A stretch of 63,955 bases of DNA, counting the filler, from Thelocarpon superellum (taxonomy: Eukaryota), in the NCBI GenBank assembly GCA_026025795.1. It is 3 parts of 3 records of this genome, joined end to end, with 100 filler letters (N's around TTAATTAATTAA, not from the genome) between each part and the next. Parts side by side here need not be neighbours in the genome. Positions count along the whole stretch, not along the records: positions 45,576 to 63,955 come from JAPEUG010000362.1; 2 more parts are not named here. One strand, written 5' to 3'. The position numbers were made by a program, and so were the translations under genes. Below are positions 60,862 to 63,955 of this stretch, piece after piece (the first letter of the stretch is position 1; each line of letters begins with the position of its first letter). A model generated the notes under the pieces. It ran no database searches. It was not told the origin of the DNA and saw nothing but the letters and a program-made list of their open reading frames with translations.

Positions 60862-62402
60862 ATGTCCTCTCATGTCGCCGATGCGACCTCTCCACCACAG
60901 TCCTTCTCACCTTCCTCGCCCGTAGACGCCGGCAAACCACGGCCGCCCGTCGCCGCTCCGGCTCTCCCGCACCCACGCACGCCCGTCTCTCCCCCGTTGA
61001 TGTCACTATCCTCTCAGCGCGATGCCTCCCCACCCCCCGCACACGCATCATCGGCCGCGTCGACGTCCCAGACCCAGTCGCAGTCGCAATCACAGTCGCA
61101 ACTAGCCGCATCGGGCCCACTCTCCTCGCCGCCGACCACGGTCACCTCCTCACAACCGCCCGCCAACACCACCCACACCCTCCCCACGCCTGCCAGCAGT
61201 CTCGCCGGCACCATTCCTCCCTCCAGCCACCCCACCACCCGGCATAGCCCGGACGACGACACGCCGATGACCAACGCAGGCGATGCAGCTGTGGTGCAGG
61301 CACAGGGACACGTGGTGGATGTCATGCAGATTGATGGCGAAGAGCATCATCGGACCGATCACGATCGACAAGCGCCGGTCATCAAGGAAGAGGCAAGTCC
61401 GACGACGGAGAGAATACCGGGAGACGGGGCCGTGGCACGGGAGGAGAAAGGTCCTCTGTATCTCCTTGGAAAAACGGGTAAGGCTCCTCGTGCGGCCAAT
61501 GCGCTCGTGCAGTACCTCTCGTCAGTGAGCGTTGGCTGGTTAACACGCGGCTCATGGGATAGCACACCCGCTCTCGGAACCGCATCCCACCCAGGACCTG
61601 ATGAGCCTCTACAAGCTGCAAGACCTGGCTGCCTCGGTCGCACGACATGACCCGCTCACGGGCGAGAAGCGCGCGATCCGGAAGACGTACAAGGGCAAGA
61701 TCAAGTCATTTGGACTGGCCGGACGGGACAAAGAAGTAAAGCACCCTGAGGGTCAGCCCGGGGGTCTCTTGGAGATGGCCTTCTGGCCGGCGGAAGAATG
61801 GTATGCGCAAAAGGTGTCGGGCAAGAACTTGGACCAAGGTGTGGGCGAGGATACGCTGGCTCGATTGGAGCGCGCGATGGCGATGGAAGCAGGTCCACTG
61901 CCCGGATTTGACGCCAGCATCCTCGGCCTGGACGCGCCAGCAGCCACACCTGGAGTGGCGGAATTGATGAAACCGCCCCAACAGGGCACCACCGATCCCC
62001 GGCCATCAGGTCCTCAGCCTAACGGGACTGCGCCACGGGCGTCGCTTGAAAGCGGCGCGGGTGATCCAGCGCGACCGCGGCGGGTGAGCAAGAAACGTCG
62101 ATACGACGAGCCCAGCTTCGAGGGATACGGCGAGGGCTTCGTGGATGACGATGCGGACTTGGGCGCAGGCTACTCGACCAGCGACCGTGAGGACAAGCGA
62201 AGTACGACGTCGGGCAAGAAGAAGCGAAAGAAGGTGAGACTACATTAAGCACTCGACACGACCTCTCACGGCGGGACTCACCATTACGCAGAACTCGGAT
62301 TCCTACGTGGGCGTCACGTCACCGGGCTTGGAGCGAGGCGGGAGTTATGGCGTAGGCATGGTGGGGGTTGGCACTGGACTGGGGGCCTATGGTGGTCGAT
62401 GA
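60862..62402 (+). CDS. MED19: Mediator of RNA polymerase II subunit 19 (Rox3); 3 exons
   Basis: Low-complexity N-terminus with TLPTPASS, HPTQDLMSLYKL..LAASVARHDPLTGEK..IRKTYKGKIK..GLAG, YGEGFVDD and a basic KKKRKK tract. Confidence 0.88.
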
Positions 62403-63172
62403 CAGTGATCACTACCGTGTCTGTTTCCCCACGCACACGTCCACTCTCCGATTCCGACTCCGACTCCTATTCTCCTTCCGACTCCAGTCGTCCCTTCTGC
62501 AACTGGAGCACGAGACTAAACACGGAAGGAAGACACCCCTCGCACTTTCCGCCCTCTTCATCCCCCATGCCTCACCTTTTTGCCGCTTTGACCCGTCACG
62601 CATGCCCCAGGAAGTGTTTATTCCATCACTCGAACGAAAAGAAAGGATGAAACCGACGAGCATGAGACTCCGCCCATCCGACGTTGCAGGAGTTGGTCTC
62701 GGTGCTGGTATTGTGCTTTTTGGATTAGTGACGCTGCTTTTCCCTGGGCGGATTCGGTCTGGTGCAGGAGTTAGCGTTGCGTTGCGTTTCCATTCTTTCC
62801 CCTTCCCACGGGTGGGGGGATGGATTCTACTAGGGTGGGTTGTATGTGTATTCTTACGAGCCCTGTTCTGTGTGCTGTGTGCCGTGTGCTGTGTGCTGTG
62901 CATGAAGCGTGTGCTAAGCAGGCCGGCGTGCCTGGGATCAAACGAGAGAAAGAAGGGCAGAACGAAGGACAAAGGAGGAAGGAAGGATGGCAGGGGGGGA
63001 AAAAGCCAGGTGGAGAACTCACTTGCTTAACGCGGAGAACGGGCAGGCCAGCCGCCCGTCGGTATGAGCTGTATGATAGAGCAGGTGGACCAATCCAACG
63101 ATCGAGATGAGTTATATCACATCACACCACATCACATCATGTCATCTCTCGACCAGCGGAGGACCAACCACT

Positions 63173-63395
63173 CTGCGCATACCCCGCCAATGGGTTGTTT
63201 CGTCACGCAGATAGCATATACGCCCTTGTACACGATATAGAACTGTTCCATTGAATAGCAGACACTCGATGCGTCCTCGAGGGGCCCCTTGTACCTCTGT
63301 ACGAAAGATATTAATCGTCATTAGGCCAGAGGCACGAGGGGGCCCCTCTGATAGAAGAGGGAAGTCCCCAGAATATCTGTTCAAGATATAGGGAC
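63173..63395. ncRNA. Candidate structured RNA or hairpin array of unknown class
   Basis: Consecutive stem-loops found by eye, including a ~19-bp stem 63281-63299/63327-63346; no convincing ORF. Confidence 0.3.
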
Positions 63396-63805
63396 CCCCT
63401 CCCCCCCTTTCCCTTTCGCTGCACCCGTCGTGTTGATAGCTGGTAACGAGGGCGGTCGGTCCGCGGCCGTAGGGCCATGCTAGACTAGTGTCTGCCGCTC
63501 GTCGTCATCATCTTATCGGTGAGGTGTCGTAGATGTTTCTGGAGTGTGTCTATGGTATTTGACTGGTCATATAGATGCTGCACTTGCATTCGCAGACGAG
63601 CCGGGGGTAAGATATTGACATGACAAGACATTGAGAGAAAGGAAAAGGGAGACGGAAGATGTCAACGCTTTCTATATCTTTGTCTGCGCCGTCGTATGCG
63701 TCGTCGTAGCCAGATACCTTGTCGTGTGCGTAGGTGGAGGTATGGGCGAAAGTGCTAGTAAGCTCGTCGTGGCCCTGCTCGTGAGTATGCCGGGCTCCCG
63801 TGTAG

Positions 63806-63955
63806 TCAATCCGGCCGCTCGTCTGACCCCCGTTCTCGCTCTCGCTCTCGCTCTGGCCCCTTGTCTTTCTCTCTTCTCTTCCCCCTAGCGCCTGCACCTC
63901 CATCGTCGTCTGCCCCATTGTAGTTTTCCTCTTCTCTCACGCCCTCTGTTTCGTC
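63806..63955 (-). CDS. Possible 3' end of a gene entering from beyond the window (charged low-complexity tail)
   Basis: Open frame from the window edge, DETEGVREEENYNGADDDGGAGARGKRREKDKGPERERERERGSDERPD*. No family evidence. Confidence 0.35.
   Translation of the reverse strand, partial: DETEGVREEENYNGADDDGGAGARGKRREKDKGPERERERERGSDERPD

Noticed and set aside
62368..63110. ORFs of up to 220 aa downstream of MED19
   Set aside because: Built from simple repeats such as (CCGACT)n and (TGTGC)n; consistent with 3' UTR or intergenic sequence.
1..63955. tRNA, rRNA, spliceosomal snRNA, telomerase template, CRISPR array, transposase or reverse transcriptase
   Set aside because: No diagnostic motifs seen by eye; tRNAscan-SE, cmscan and a repeat search would be needed to exclude them formally.

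Overview
GC-rich, intron-containing genomic DNA of a filamentous ascomycete (Pezizomycotina). The window is made of three segments joined by two artificial 100-bp spacers (44 N + TTAATTAATTAA + 44 N, at 22694-22793 and 45476-45575), so adjacency across those points is not biological evidence. Most of it is gene-dense housekeeping sequence: metacaspase, RPS26 (missed by the ORF track), a CBS/PB1 protein, importin beta-3, CCT7, pericentrin-like Pcp1, Pcs60, a YCII protein, a Cub1/UPF0662 protein, RPP1, a PQ-loop transporter, an F-box protein, Pex19, Ubc9, ASNSD1, Vps9, Rad10 and Med19. Several less ordinary items sit among these. There is a divergent pair of orphan secreted-protein genes whose signal peptides lie in separate first exons, with a CGG-containing tandem repeat between them. 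There is a modular cysteine-rich Kex2-type secreted protein, and a small secreted-protein gene broken by a 1-nt frameshift in an AT-richer patch. There are also two head-to-head Zn2Cys6 factors, two head-to-head Mid2-like membrane proteins, and a non-coding stretch near 63.2-63.4 kb that folds into consecutive hairpins. No tRNA, rRNA, CRISPR array or intact transposon was recognised. Gene models were spliced by eye, and family names come from recalled motifs rather than database searches. I cannot demonstrate a new system from sequence alone; the orphan secreted genes and the hairpin array are the best leads.
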